From Thermofilum sp. (GTDB lineage Archaea > Thermoproteota > Thermoprotei > Thermofilales > Thermofilaceae): 44,018 nucleotides of DNA. The notes below the pieces were generated by a model. That model did no database searches and was not told where the DNA came from. It saw only the letters and a program-made list of their open reading frames with translations. This document shows, piece after piece, positions 34,202-42,688 of this stretch (within the stretch, counting starts at the first letter, position 1; the number at the start of each line of letters is the position of its first letter). The stretch spans positions 1,587 through 45,604 of the forward strand of contig JAGDWA010000043.1 of the NCBI GenBank assembly GCA_023269735.1, read 5' to 3'. The position numbers and the translations under genes are program-made.

Positions 34202-35782
34202 GTGCTGTTCGAGGAGCTGGTTAGGCTGGCGAAGCTGCTCGAGTCCACCCCCTCGAGGAACGAGAAGGTGGCGCAGCTGGCGGCAGCGCTGAGGGGGCTG
34301 GACCCCGGGGAGGCGGCCATCGCCGTGCGCCTCCTCACCGGCGAGATCTTCCCGGCGTACTCGGGGCTCGAGCTCGGCGTCGGCTACAGCACGCTGCTCG
34401 AGGCGGTGCGCAGCACGGCCGGCGTGGTCCCGCTGGATCGGCGCAAGCTGAGCGTCAGGGAGGTCTACGAGGCCCTCCTGAAGATCGCCAGCTTCACGGG
34501 GGAGGACTCGAGGGCCAGGAAGCTGAGGGCCCTCCGCTCCCTCGTCGCGGGGATGGGCAGGGACGAGGTCGAGTTCCTCGCCCGCTTCCTCCTCGGCGAG
34601 CCGCGTATCGGCGCGAACGAAGGGTTGGTGCTCGAGGCCCTCGCCAGGGCCGTGGGCGCCGACGCCGGGGAGGTGAGGAGGGCCTACATGTTCGCTGGCG
34701 ACCTCGGCGACCTCGCCCAGATGCTGCTCAGCGGGGTCAAGCCCTCCGAGGTGACGCTCAGGCTCTTCCACCCGGTGAGGCCCATGCTCGCCGAGATGGC
34801 GGCGAGCATGAGGGAGGCGCTGAGGGAGTGCGGGGGGAGGGCGGCGCTCGAGTTCAAGTACGACGGCATCAGGCTGCAGATCCACAAGAGGGGCAGGGAG
34901 GTCAGGCTCTTCACGAGGAGGCTCACCGACGTGACCCCCAGCCTGCCCGACGTGGTGGAGCTCGCGCTGGAGCACGTCAGGGCGGAGGAGGCGGTGATCG
35001 ACTGCGAGGCGGTGAGCTTCAGAGGCGGGAAGCCGCTCCGCTTCCAGGACCTCGTCCGGAGGATCAGGAGGAAGGAGGACGTCCGCCGGATGGCCGAGGA
35101 GATGCCCTTCGAGATCAGGGCCTTCGACATCCTGTACCTCAACGGTCGGGTGCTCGTCGACGCGCCCTACGCGGAGAGGTGGGCCCTCCTCGAGAGCACG
35201 GCGGACCCCGAGATCCTGATCGAGAGGGTCGTCACCTCGGACCTCGGAGAGGCTGAGGCGTTCTACGCGAGGAGCCTCGAGAGGGGGAACGAGGGCGTGA
35301 TGGTGAAGAGGCTCGACTCCCCCTACGTCCCCGGCTCGAGGGGCAAGTACTGGTTCAAGGTGAAGCCGGCCGAGACCCTGGACCTGGTCATCGTGGGCGC
35401 TGAGTGGGGGCACGGCCGCAGGAGCGGCTGGCTCAGCGACTACTACCTGGCCGCCCTCGACCCCTCGACCGGCGAGTTCCTCGTCGTCGGGAAGACCTTC
35501 AAGGGGCTAACTGACGCCGAGTTCGAGGAGATGACCAGGAAGCTCCTCGAGCTCAAGGTGAGGGAGGAGCCTTGGCGCGTCTGGGTGAAGCCAGCGATCG
35601 TCGCTGAGGTCGCCTTCAGCGAGGTGCAGCGGAGCCCCAAGTACCGCTCGGGCTTCGCGCTCCGCTTCGCGAGGATCGTCAGGCTGAGGCCCGACAAGAG
35701 CCCCTACGAAGCCTCGACCATTGAGGACGTGAGAAAGGTCTACGAGATGCAGTTCCGGACGAAGGCCAAGGCCGGGGCTTAA
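34202..35782 (+). CDS. lig: ATP-dependent DNA ligase
   Basis: Adenylation motif I EFKYDGIRLQIH, plus EGVMVK and WFKVKP (OB-domain motifs). GTG 34202 lies about 33 nt after GCTTTATGCC. Confidence 0.9.
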   Translation: MLFEELVRLAKLLESTPSRNEKVAQLAAALRGLDPGEAAIAVRLLTGEIFPAYSGLELGVGYSTLLEAVRSTAGVVPLDRRKLSVREVYEALLKIASFTGEDSRARKLRALRSLVAGMGRDEVEFLARFLLGEPRIGANEGLVLEALARAVGADAGEVRRAYMFAGDLGDLAQMLLSGVKPSEVTLRLFHPVRPMLAEMAASMREALRECGGRAALEFKYDGIRLQIHKRGREVRLFTRRLTDVTPSLPDVVELALEHVRAEEAVIDCEAVSFRGGKPLRFQDLVRRIRRKEDVRRMAEEMPFEIRAFDILYLNGRVLVDAPYAERWALLESTADPEILIERVVTSDLGEAEAFYARSLERGNEGVMVKRLDSPYVPGSRGKYWFKVKPAETLDLVIVGAEWGHGRRSGWLSDYYLAALDPSTGEFLVVGKTFKGLTDAEFEEMTRKLLELKVREEPWRVWVKPAIVAEVAFSEVQRSPKYRSGFALRFARIVRLRPDKSPYEASTIEDVRKVYEMQFRTKAKAGA

Positions 35783-36540
35783 CTGCCCTGCTGCCCCTCG
35801 AAGGCCTTCTTCAGCTCCTCCCTGAGCTTCTCGCGGAGGGCCTTCAGCTCCTCTAGCTTCGCCAGCGCGTCCTTGAACAGCGGCTTGGAGTCCTCTATGC
35901 CCTTGTGGGCGAAGAAGGCCACCGCCTCGCTCCTGCTCCTGAAGACCCCCGCCTCCACCAGCGCGTCCACCACCTCGAGGTCCCGCTGGGGCAGCCTGAC
36001 CGAGATCGTGAAGGAGGGCCCCTCCGCCCCCCTCTCCAGCGCCTCCTTCAGCCTCGCCAGCGCCGCCTCGAGGCCCTTCGTCGCCTGCTCGAAGCTCTGC
36101 TCGATGATCCTGCCGACGTCGGTGAGCGGCGCGGCCCTCCTCCTCAGCCTCACCGCGCTCACCGTCAGCTCCCTCACTGCGTCCGCCAGGTCCTCGAGCG
36201 CGTCCTCCCACCGCTCGACGAACTCCCCCACCTCCTCCTTCAGCTCCTCCACTTCGTCGGGTGGGAGGCTCAGCCTGGCCTCCCTCAGCAGCCTCCTCAG
36301 CTCCAAGCGCGCGCTCAGCATCCGCGAGCGGAGCTCGTGCAGCCTCCCGCGTAGCGCCTTCAGCCCCTCGAGCGCAGCCTCCCCCCTCTCCTCGATCTCA
36401 CGCTCCAGCCTCTCCACCTCGTCGCTGACGCTCCTGTAGATCTGCCTGAGCTCCTCCTCCAGCTCCTTAATCCGGTTTCTGATCCTTTCGGCCACAAGTA
36501 TGTTGTAAGTTCCAGACATACTTATTCTTTTCTCAACCAT
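35779..36540 (-). CDS. coiled-coil protein with C-terminal ribbon-helix-helix (CopG-like) domain
   Basis: About 170 aa of heptad-like E/R/L-rich sequence are followed by FTISVRLPQRDLEVVDALVEAGVFRSRSEAVAFFAHKGIE (beta-alpha-alpha). The second ATG (36519, MSGTYNIL...) fits a leaderless start about 25 nt after CTATAT. Confidence 0.65.
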   Translation of the reverse strand: MVEKRISMSGTYNILVAERIRNRIKELEEELRQIYRSVSDEVERLEREIEERGEAALEGLKALRGRLHELRSRMLSARLELRRLLREARLSLPPDEVEELKEEVGEFVERWEDALEDLADAVRELTVSAVRLRRRAAPLTDVGRIIEQSFEQATKGLEAALARLKEALERGAEGPSFTISVRLPQRDLEVVDALVEAGVFRSRSEAVAFFAHKGIEDSKPLFKDALAKLEELKALREKLREELKKAFEGQQGS

Positions 36541-36559
36541 ATAGCTCTATCTTACAACA
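36501..36559. repeat. 9-bp inverted repeat TGTTGTAAG (36501-36509) / CTTACAACA (36551-36559)
   Basis: Read directly from the sequence. The arms bracket the TATA-like box and both candidate start codons of the coiled-coil/RHH gene, inside a locally AT-rich patch. Confidence 0.6.
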
Positions 36560-36589
36560 GAAGGTGCCGCATCTCTGGGCGCCAGGCCG

Positions 36590-36985
36590 TTAATCTCCCT
36601 CTTCGACGAGCTCGCTCAAGTCCATGCCGAGGATCCTCCTGGCGGCTTCCTCGGCGCCCAGGCTACCGATAAGATGCTCAAGGAGGGCCGGCACGCCCTC
36701 CCTTAGCCTGAACGCTACGCGCTTGCCGTCCCTCCGCTCAAAAACGAACCTCACGCCGCCCTCGCGGAGCTCGATGTTAAGCTTCCCGAGCGTGCAGCCC
36801 GTTGCGGCCTGCACCCCGTCGAGGGCGCACGTGAAGGGCCGCCGCCGGGGCATGTACACCGTACAGAAAAGGTCAGTCGACCTAGCCCCCAGCAGCTCGA
36901 CGGCGCGGAGGCCTATCTTGTAGCCCAGAACCAGCCACGGTCCCAGGTGCCCGTGCAGCCTGACGGCCTCCTCCAGGCTGAGCAT
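36590..36985 (-). CDS. FmdE/FwdE-family domain protein
   Basis: LHGHLGPWLVLGYKIG...TCALDGVQAATGCTLGKLN matches the FmdE-domain pattern (HGH..gP / C..DG.Q..tGCT.GK). Confidence 0.75.
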   Translation of the reverse strand: MLSLEEAVRLHGHLGPWLVLGYKIGLRAVELLGARSTDLFCTVYMPRRRPFTCALDGVQAATGCTLGKLNIELREGGVRFVFERRDGKRVAFRLREGVPALLEHLIGSLGAEEAARRILGMDLSELVEEGD

Positions 36986-37058
36986 GCACTGCCGTCGGGG
37001 CGCGATCTTAAAGCTTGCTTCGGTTAAGCTTAAGGAGTGGGTTCAAGCTTTCGCTAGC

Positions 37059-38951
37059 GTGGCGCGCGGGGTGATGGCAGGCTTGTCTGTGGCGTTCCTC
37101 CTTTTAGCCATGAGCGCCGGCGGCCAGGAGCTGAAGGTTTTCCCGGTGACCATCGAGATCGAGACGCAGTCCGACTGGACGACCGTGACGATAGAGGGCC
37201 TGTCCATCTCGAAGTACGAGGTGGTCGAGGGGGCGAGGGCCCCCGACCTGAGGGTCTCGGCTGGGGGGAGCACGGTGAGCATCGGGAAGAGGCAGTACGA
37301 CACGACGCGCGTGGTCGTCGATGTTGAGGGGTACATAGCGTTCGCGGGCGACGCGGTCGAAGTCGTAGTGGACAAGGGCGACCTCGAGTACACGACCGTC
37401 CGCGTGTACACCGTGGTGGAGGGAGCGCGCAAGCTCGTCTGGAACTTCACCAACAGTGGCGTGGTCCCCGGCAGCGGGGGCGTCAACACGCGCAGGGCGC
37501 GGCTGCCCGTTTCGGCGCTCGCGGGGGCGGAGTTGCGCGTCAGGGTCAGGGAGCCGGCGGTGCCGAAGATGGTGCTCGCCTTCTACTACCCCTGGTACGG
37601 GAACCCCCAGGGCGTTTCCGGCCGCTGGTACCACTGGGACATGGTCTCCTACAGGGAGATAGGGACTGCGACGGACTACCCGCTGCTCGGCCCCTACGAC
37701 TCGTGGGATCCCCGCGTCGTCAGGTCGCACATCAGGATGGCGAAGGCGGCCGGGATAGACGGCTTCGTGTCGTCGTGGTGGGGCCCCGGCACGTTCGAGG
37801 ACGAGGCCTTCGCCAGGATGCTCGACGTGGCCGCGGAGGAGGGCTTCAAGCTGACGATCTACTACGAGTCCGTGAGGGAGCTGACGGCCGACCAGATATC
37901 GGCCGAGCTCGCGTACGTCCTCAAGAGGTACTCGGGTCACCCGGCCTTCCTCCGCTTCGAGGGGAGGCCGGTCATCTTCGTCTACGCGGTGGGCGCCTAC
38001 CAGCGCTCGCCGAGCTTCTGGAGGGGCGTCATCGAGAGGGCAGAGAACTCCTCGGGGGTGAAGGCGGTCTGGATCGCCGACACCTTCGACACCGCCTACC
38101 TGTCCGTGTTCGACGGCCTCCACACGTACAACCCGATCTGGATCAGCGACCACCTGTCGACCTACCTGCGCGAGGCCAGGCTCGTCAAGTCCTACGTGGG
38201 GGTCCCGAGCGGCGGCGAGGTGGTCCGGAAGCTGTGGGTCGCTACCGTCAACCCCGGCTACGACGACCGCAAGATCCGCAAGCCGGGCACTTACGTGCCG
38301 AGGGAGGGTGGAGCCTACTACAGGCGGACCTGGGAGGCGGCGCTCGCTAGCGAGCCGGACGCGGTGCTGATCTGCACGTGGAGCGAGTGGCACGAGGGGA
38401 CGGAGGTCGAGCCGAGCAGGGAGTACGGCTTCGCCTACCTCGACCTCACCAGGGAGTACGCGGCCCGCTACAAGGCCTGGCAGCCGCCGCCGGCGCGGGC
38501 GCCCCAGATCGGCCTCAACCTCTCCGCCTCGGACAACCTCGTCACGATAGAGGTCGTCAACAGGGGGGACGAGCCGGCCGTGATCACCCAGCTCCTCGTG
38601 ACCAACGCGAGCCTGGGAGTGGCCGTGGAGCCCGAGGGCTTCAGGGCCTACAGGCTCCAGGTGAACTCCACGACCTCGGCCGCCTTCCTACCCTTCATCG
38701 GGCCGGGCGAGAGGGTGAGCATCAGAGCCGTCGCGACGGGGAGCCCCGTCAGGGTGCTCGCGCAGTCGTGGTCGGCGACGGGCCAGCGGGCCACCGCCGA
38801 GGCCGCCGTCGAGGCGAAGCCGGCCCAGCAGAGGCAGCCCAAGGTTACCGGTTCGGGCGGCGGGGCCCCCGCCTGGCAGTGGCCGCTCGCGGCCGCCGCG
38901 GCGGCGGGCGTCCTGCTGCTGAGGAGGCGCAGGAGGGGCCCTCACTCGTAG
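37059..38951 (+). CDS. secreted, C-terminally anchored GH99-like glycoside hydrolase (endo-alpha-mannosidase family)
   Basis: Signal-like VARGVMAGLSVAFLLLAMSAG is followed by a beta-rich N-domain and a catalytic region: FYYPWYGNPQG..G.WYHW, YPLLGPYDSWDP.VV..H, HPAFLRF.GRPV.FVY, FDGLHTYNP, NPGYDDRKIR and CTWSEWHEGTEVEPS. This closely parallels human MANEA/GH99 as remembered. The C-terminal TM is WPLAAAAAAGVLLLRRRRR. Confidence 0.8.
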   Translation: MARGVMAGLSVAFLLLAMSAGGQELKVFPVTIEIETQSDWTTVTIEGLSISKYEVVEGARAPDLRVSAGGSTVSIGKRQYDTTRVVVDVEGYIAFAGDAVEVVVDKGDLEYTTVRVYTVVEGARKLVWNFTNSGVVPGSGGVNTRRARLPVSALAGAELRVRVREPAVPKMVLAFYYPWYGNPQGVSGRWYHWDMVSYREIGTATDYPLLGPYDSWDPRVVRSHIRMAKAAGIDGFVSSWWGPGTFEDEAFARMLDVAAEEGFKLTIYYESVRELTADQISAELAYVLKRYSGHPAFLRFEGRPVIFVYAVGAYQRSPSFWRGVIERAENSSGVKAVWIADTFDTAYLSVFDGLHTYNPIWISDHLSTYLREARLVKSYVGVPSGGEVVRKLWVATVNPGYDDRKIRKPGTYVPREGGAYYRRTWEAALASEPDAVLICTWSEWHEGTEVEPSREYGFAYLDLTREYAARYKAWQPPPARAPQIGLNLSASDNLVTIEVVNRGDEPAVITQLLVTNASLGVAVEPEGFRAYRLQVNSTTSAAFLPFIGPGERVSIRAVATGSPVRVLAQSWSATGQRATAEAAVEAKPAQQRQPKVTGSGGGAPAWQWPLAAAAAAGVLLLRRRRRGPHS

Positions 38952-40195
38952 ATCCCCAGCCGCTTCCTGAAGTACTCGTCAACCTTTTTCTTCACCTCCT
39001 CCGGTATCTCCCGGTCGTAGGGCACCTCCTCAGCGTTGGCCACCTCGCGCACGAGCTCGAGGGCGAGGAAGCCGGCGACCTCGAACGCTAGCGGGTGGAG
39101 GCTGTCCGGCCCGTCGTCGGCGGTGTGCACGGCGTTGTTGGCCCCGCTGACTCTGAAGATGTTCACGGAGGGCACCCCCTGCCTGGCGAAGCTGGCGCTG
39201 TCGCTGGACATCACGTCCTCGGCCACCTCGACCCTGACCCCGTGCCTCTTCGCCAGGAACTCCAGCGCGTGCTTGAGGCTCTTCGACCCCGTCACCACCG
39301 CCCTCGTCGTCCCCAGGGCCCCGCCGTGCACGTCCAGGTTGACGACTAGCACGACGTTCCTGAGCTCGTCCTTGCGCGCCTCGACGTGCGCCAGCGAACC
39401 CCTGAGCCCCAGCTCCTCGCCAGAGAAGAGGGCGAAGCGCACCGTCCTCTTGAGGGCGGCCCCGCTGAGCGCCTTCGCCAGCGCCACCGCGAGGGCCACG
39501 CCCCCCGCGTTGTCCACGGCCCCCCGGACCCCGTAGACGCTGTCGAGGTGGGCCGTCACGTAGACGACCTCGTCCGGGTACTTCGTGCCCCTCCTCTCCG
39601 CGATCACGTTGAACGCCTCCACCTCCCTGTACTCCTGCCGCAGCGTCAACCTCACCCTCCTCGCGCCCAGCAGCCTCAGGGCGTCGGCGTACCTCACGTA
39701 GACGGCTGGCAGGCTCCCGTACCTCTCGCGCCACTCGTAGGGCACGTCGACCCTGCTGAGCCCCCTCTGCGGCGAGCTCTCCGCGATCACGAGGCCCGAG
39801 GCCCTGCCGGCCAGCCTCCTCCAGCCCTCCTTGTCGGGCCGCGTTGAGGCTAGCCCGATCCACCCCCTCGAGCTGGGGACGAGCAGGGGGTCACCCCCCT
39901 CGATGTACACGAGCTCGCCCTCCACCCCCTCCTCAGGCGTCTCGCCGCTGAACCCGACGCCCGAGCACTCCACCTCCCGCCTCTCGGGCTCGATGACCTC
40001 CAGCGCGGCGCGCTCGACTTCGAACACCCTGACCCTGAACGGCTCAAGCCTCACGTCGTAGCCGAAGCCGGACAGCTCCTTCACCACGAGCTCCCTCGCC
40101 CTCGCCTCGCCGTCGCTGCCGGTGAAGCGGGGCTGGGAGGCCAGGGCCCTCGCCAGCTCGTACGCGTAGAGGGACTCGGCGAAGAGCCTGAACAT
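38942..40195 (-). CDS. M28-family Zn metallopeptidase (aminopeptidase)
   Basis: VTAHLDSV, GAVDNAGGVA, FALFSGEELGLRGS and VNLDVHG are the M28 metal ligands. There is a convergent 10-nt overlap with the GH99-like gene. Confidence 0.85.
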   Translation of the reverse strand: MFRLFAESLYAYELARALASQPRFTGSDGEARARELVVKELSGFGYDVRLEPFRVRVFEVERAALEVIEPERREVECSGVGFSGETPEEGVEGELVYIEGGDPLLVPSSRGWIGLASTRPDKEGWRRLAGRASGLVIAESSPQRGLSRVDVPYEWRERYGSLPAVYVRYADALRLLGARRVRLTLRQEYREVEAFNVIAERRGTKYPDEVVYVTAHLDSVYGVRGAVDNAGGVALAVALAKALSGAALKRTVRFALFSGEELGLRGSLAHVEARKDELRNVVLVVNLDVHGGALGTTRAVVTGSKSLKHALEFLAKRHGVRVEVAEDVMSSDSASFARQGVPSVNIFRVSGANNAVHTADDGPDSLHPLAFEVAGFLALELVREVANAEEVPYDREIPEEVKKKVDEYFRKRLGIYE

Positions 40196-40280
40196 GCGGT
40201 GGCCCGCTCCCGGGGAGCTTTTAAGCGTGGCTCCCAGCGGCTCCCGTGAGCCATATAAGGCCGCACGCGGGGGGCTGCGC

Positions 40281-40847
40281 GTGGGCTCCGACGCGGGGAA
40301 GGCCCTCCAGGACGCTCAGCTGAAGGCCGTCGAGGAGATCAGGAGCAGCGGCCCCAAGCTGCTGGTCGACGCGGTCATCGCGATCCTCGTGTGGGTCTTC
40401 GGGAAGTACGTCTTCATCCCCATTGCCTCAGAGTTCACCCTCTTCGGGATACCGCTGCCGCAGCTGGTCAGCCTGGTGATCCTGGTGGCGCTCGCCGTGC
40501 TCATCATCAGCATAGTGAGGGAGCTCCTGAGGATCATCGACGCGGTCTCCCTCGTTCTGGCGTACACGATCGGGTCGCGGCCCGGGGCCACCGAGGAGGA
40601 GTACGCCAGCTACAGGAGGGGTCTGAGGAGCATCTTCTACGTCCTGGTGGCCGCGCTCGCCTTCCTGGCCTTCAAGGACTACCTCAACATGTTCCACCCG
40701 CTGATCTCCGCGGTGATCCTCCTGGGCCTGGCCGTCTGGGCCGTCGTCACGCTGATGAGCGCCGGGAGGGCCTTCAGCAGGCTGGCCGAGCACTACGCCC
40801 ACCAGTGGGCGGCGGAGCTGGAGAGGAGGGTTCGGGGAGAGGGTTAG
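40281..40847 (+). CDS. membrane protein, unknown function
   Basis: About four hydrophobic helices. GTG 40281 lies about 25 nt after CCATATAAGG (40251-40260). The track ORF starts at 40194. Confidence 0.5.
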   Translation: MGSDAGKALQDAQLKAVEEIRSSGPKLLVDAVIAILVWVFGKYVFIPIASEFTLFGIPLPQLVSLVILVALAVLIISIVRELLRIIDAVSLVLAYTIGSRPGATEEEYASYRRGLRSIFYVLVAALAFLAFKDYLNMFHPLISAVILLGLAVWAVVTLMSAGRAFSRLAEHYAHQWAAELERRVRGEG

Positions 40848-41278
40848 TGAGGCGGGAGGAGGCCGCCGCGCAGCTCAGCGCCGCCGTCTCGGCGTACCTG
40901 ACGGCGTTCCTCCTCTGGCTCCTGCTACTGGCCGTCTTCCTCCCGGCGGCCGAGCTCCACGCGGAGCCCCGCCTCCAGCCCCTCGTGGCCGCGGCCTTCC
41001 TGCTGGGGATCGCTCTGGAAGTGTACAGGGGGACGGCGAGCCTGCTGCGCTTCCTCGACGCTGCGGGGGCCGGGAGGGCCGCCAGGTTCGCGGCGTACGA
41101 GCTCGCGATAGCGATCGACGCGGCGCTGCTGGCGCCCGCGCTCCACGCGGTGTCACCCGCCCTGGGCGGAGCGGCCCTCGCCGTCGCCGCGCTGCTGGGC
41201 GCGCTGCTGGCGCTGTCCCACGCCGACGTCGTCGTGGCGGCCCTCATGAGGGGCCCCCGTCGCCCCCAGACCGCTTGA
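40847..41278 (+). CDS. Ala/Leu-rich membrane protein, unknown function
   Basis: The GTG overlaps the upstream TAG by 1 nt. Three to four hydrophobic segments. Coding status is uncertain in this GC-rich context. Confidence 0.4.
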   Translation: MRREEAAAQLSAAVSAYLTAFLLWLLLLAVFLPAAELHAEPRLQPLVAAAFLLGIALEVYRGTASLLRFLDAAGAGRAARFAAYELAIAIDAALLAPALHAVSPALGGAALAVAALLGALLALSHADVVVAALMRGPRRPQTA

Positions 41279-42079
41279 CCAGCTGGCGGACGCGTGGAAG
41301 AAGAGGGGCCGCAGCGCGACCTCGAAGCGGTCGTGGACCCTCTTCCAGAGGGGCGTCTCCCAGCTGCCCGGCCCGTACACCTCCACCACCCTGTACCCGC
41401 AGCACTCGGCCTCGCTCGCGTCGAGGAGGCTCGCGGCTAGCCTGTAGGGGATCTTCTTGAGGGCCAGCCCGCCGACCACCCGCTCCTCGAGGTCCTCCAT
41501 GCTCTCGTACAGCTCCTCCGCCGCCACCAGCCTGCAGTCCTCGAAGACGTACAGCCCCCTCACGAAGCCGATCCGGCGGGAGCTGAATGAGACCCAGAAG
41601 CCGTCGAGGAAGCCGACGACCCCCCCGCCGCACACTTCCCGCGGCGGCTTCCACTCGTAGCCGCCCGGCGCGACCCGGGGCGCCATGACCGCTGAGCCCA
41701 CCTCGAGGGTCTCCCTGATCACCTGGAGGCGCTGGGTCTCGAAGAACCTCGAGACGTGGGGGTCACCGTACTTGCCCACCAGCCTCCCCACCCTCACGAC
41801 GCGCTCCCCGAGGGCCAGCAGGGCCCTGGCCGCGGACGAGAGGTAGGGGTCCCCCTCCACGACCTCCCTCAGCCCCTCCGCCAGCCTGCCCCCCTCCCAG
41901 AGCTCGATGAAGTGCGCCGCGTAGTACCCGTAGACCCCCAGCCGCGGCAGCGCTTCGCGGGCGAAGACGTAGAGGTGGACGCTCCCCTCCCCGTCCACCA
42001 GCAGGGCGTGGTCGCCGGCCCACCTGACCCTGAGCCCCAGAGACCTCGCGATCGCCTCCGCCGCCTCCCTTACGACCAC
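41153..42079 (-). CDS. hypothetical protein
   Basis: 308-aa ORF with protein-like composition for about 265 aa. The last ~40 aa are R/G/Q-rich and antisense to the preceding gene. Confidence 0.5.
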   Translation of the reverse strand: MVVREAAEAIARSLGLRVRWAGDHALLVDGEGSVHLYVFAREALPRLGVYGYYAAHFIELWEGGRLAEGLREVVEGDPYLSSAARALLALGERVVRVGRLVGKYGDPHVSRFFETQRLQVIRETLEVGSAVMAPRVAPGGYEWKPPREVCGGGVVGFLDGFWVSFSSRRIGFVRGLYVFEDCRLVAAEELYESMEDLEERVVGGLALKKIPYRLAASLLDASEAECCGYRVVEVYGPGSWETPLWKRVHDRFEVALRPLFFHASASWSSGLGATGAPHEGRHDDVGVGQRQQRAQQRGDGEGRSAQGG

Positions 42080-42103
42080 GGGTCGTCGGCGGCAGAGGGC
42101 CCA

Positions 42104-42640
42104 TTATCCCTTGCGGAGCGCGAAATCGAAGTAGAAGGGCAGGGCGGCCCCCACGGACACGAGCTCGGGCAGCGCAGCCCCCCTCGGCACGCCGAGGCCC
42201 AGGTGGAGCGCCCAGGAGGCCGCGCCAACGGCAAGGGCCAGCAGCGCTAGCGCGCGCCTGGCCCCCCTGCTCCAGGCCGCGTACTCCGCCAGAAGGACCG
42301 CCAGGGAGAGGAAGAAGGCGACCGACACGTAGAAGTGCAGGCGGCCGTAGACCTCGTCGAAGACCGCCACCAGCGTGAGCAGGAAGCCGGCCGCGGCCAG
42401 CGTGGCGCCGATGTGGGGCGACCTGCGGACCGCGCACGTCAGGCCGTGGGCCGCGAGGAGGAAGCCGCCGGCGGCCAGCCCGAAGTTGAAGAGGGGGGCG
42501 ACGTTGCTCCTCGTCGCGTGCCCCAAGTCGCTCAGCGCGTTCTCGAGGAGCCTGAACCAGCCCGACGCTAGGGCGGCCGCTGCGATGAAGGCGAGGGGGA
42601 CGAGCACCGCGGATAGGGCCAGCGCCGCGCAGCGCTCCAC
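42104..42640 (-). CDS. DUF998-like membrane protein
   Basis: Six hydrophobic helices with an ALSDLG motif after TM1. GTG 42640 lies about 26 nt after the TTTAAAG box. The track ORF extends to 42847, across the divergent gene. Confidence 0.6.
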   Translation of the reverse strand: MERCAALALSAVLVPLAFIAAAALASGWFRLLENALSDLGHATRSNVAPLFNFGLAAGGFLLAAHGLTCAVRRSPHIGATLAAAGFLLTLVAVFDEVYGRLHFYVSVAFFLSLAVLLAEYAAWSRGARRALALLALAVGAASWALHLGLGVPRGAALPELVSVGAALPFYFDFALRKG

Positions 42641-42661
42641 GGGGCCCGCGCGGGGCACCCT

Positions 42662-42669
42662 CTTTAAAG
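42662..42669. promoter_or_regulatory. shared palindromic TATA box (CTTTAAAG) for divergent leaderless genes
   Basis: It lies about 26 nt from minus-strand GTG 42640 and about 23 nt from plus-strand GTG 42689. Confidence 0.45.
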
Positions 42670-42688
42670 CTTGGGGGGCCCTCAGGGT

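Noticed and set aside
34143-34215. ATGATGA at the end of the DUF1854-like gene, considered as a C box of a C/D sRNA.
   Set aside because: There is no CTGA D box or terminal stem at the appropriate distance downstream. The motif is simply the codons M-M-I before the stop.
37006-37050. Three AAGCTT-centred motifs (37011, 37026, 37045), including the 10-bp palindrome TTAAGCTTAA.
   Set aside because: These are best explained as the TATA boxes of the divergent FmdE-like and GH99-like genes. The same (A/G)CTTAAA-type box precedes many genes here, and the spacing to starts 36985 and 37059 is about 26-30 nt. It is not a separate repeat system.
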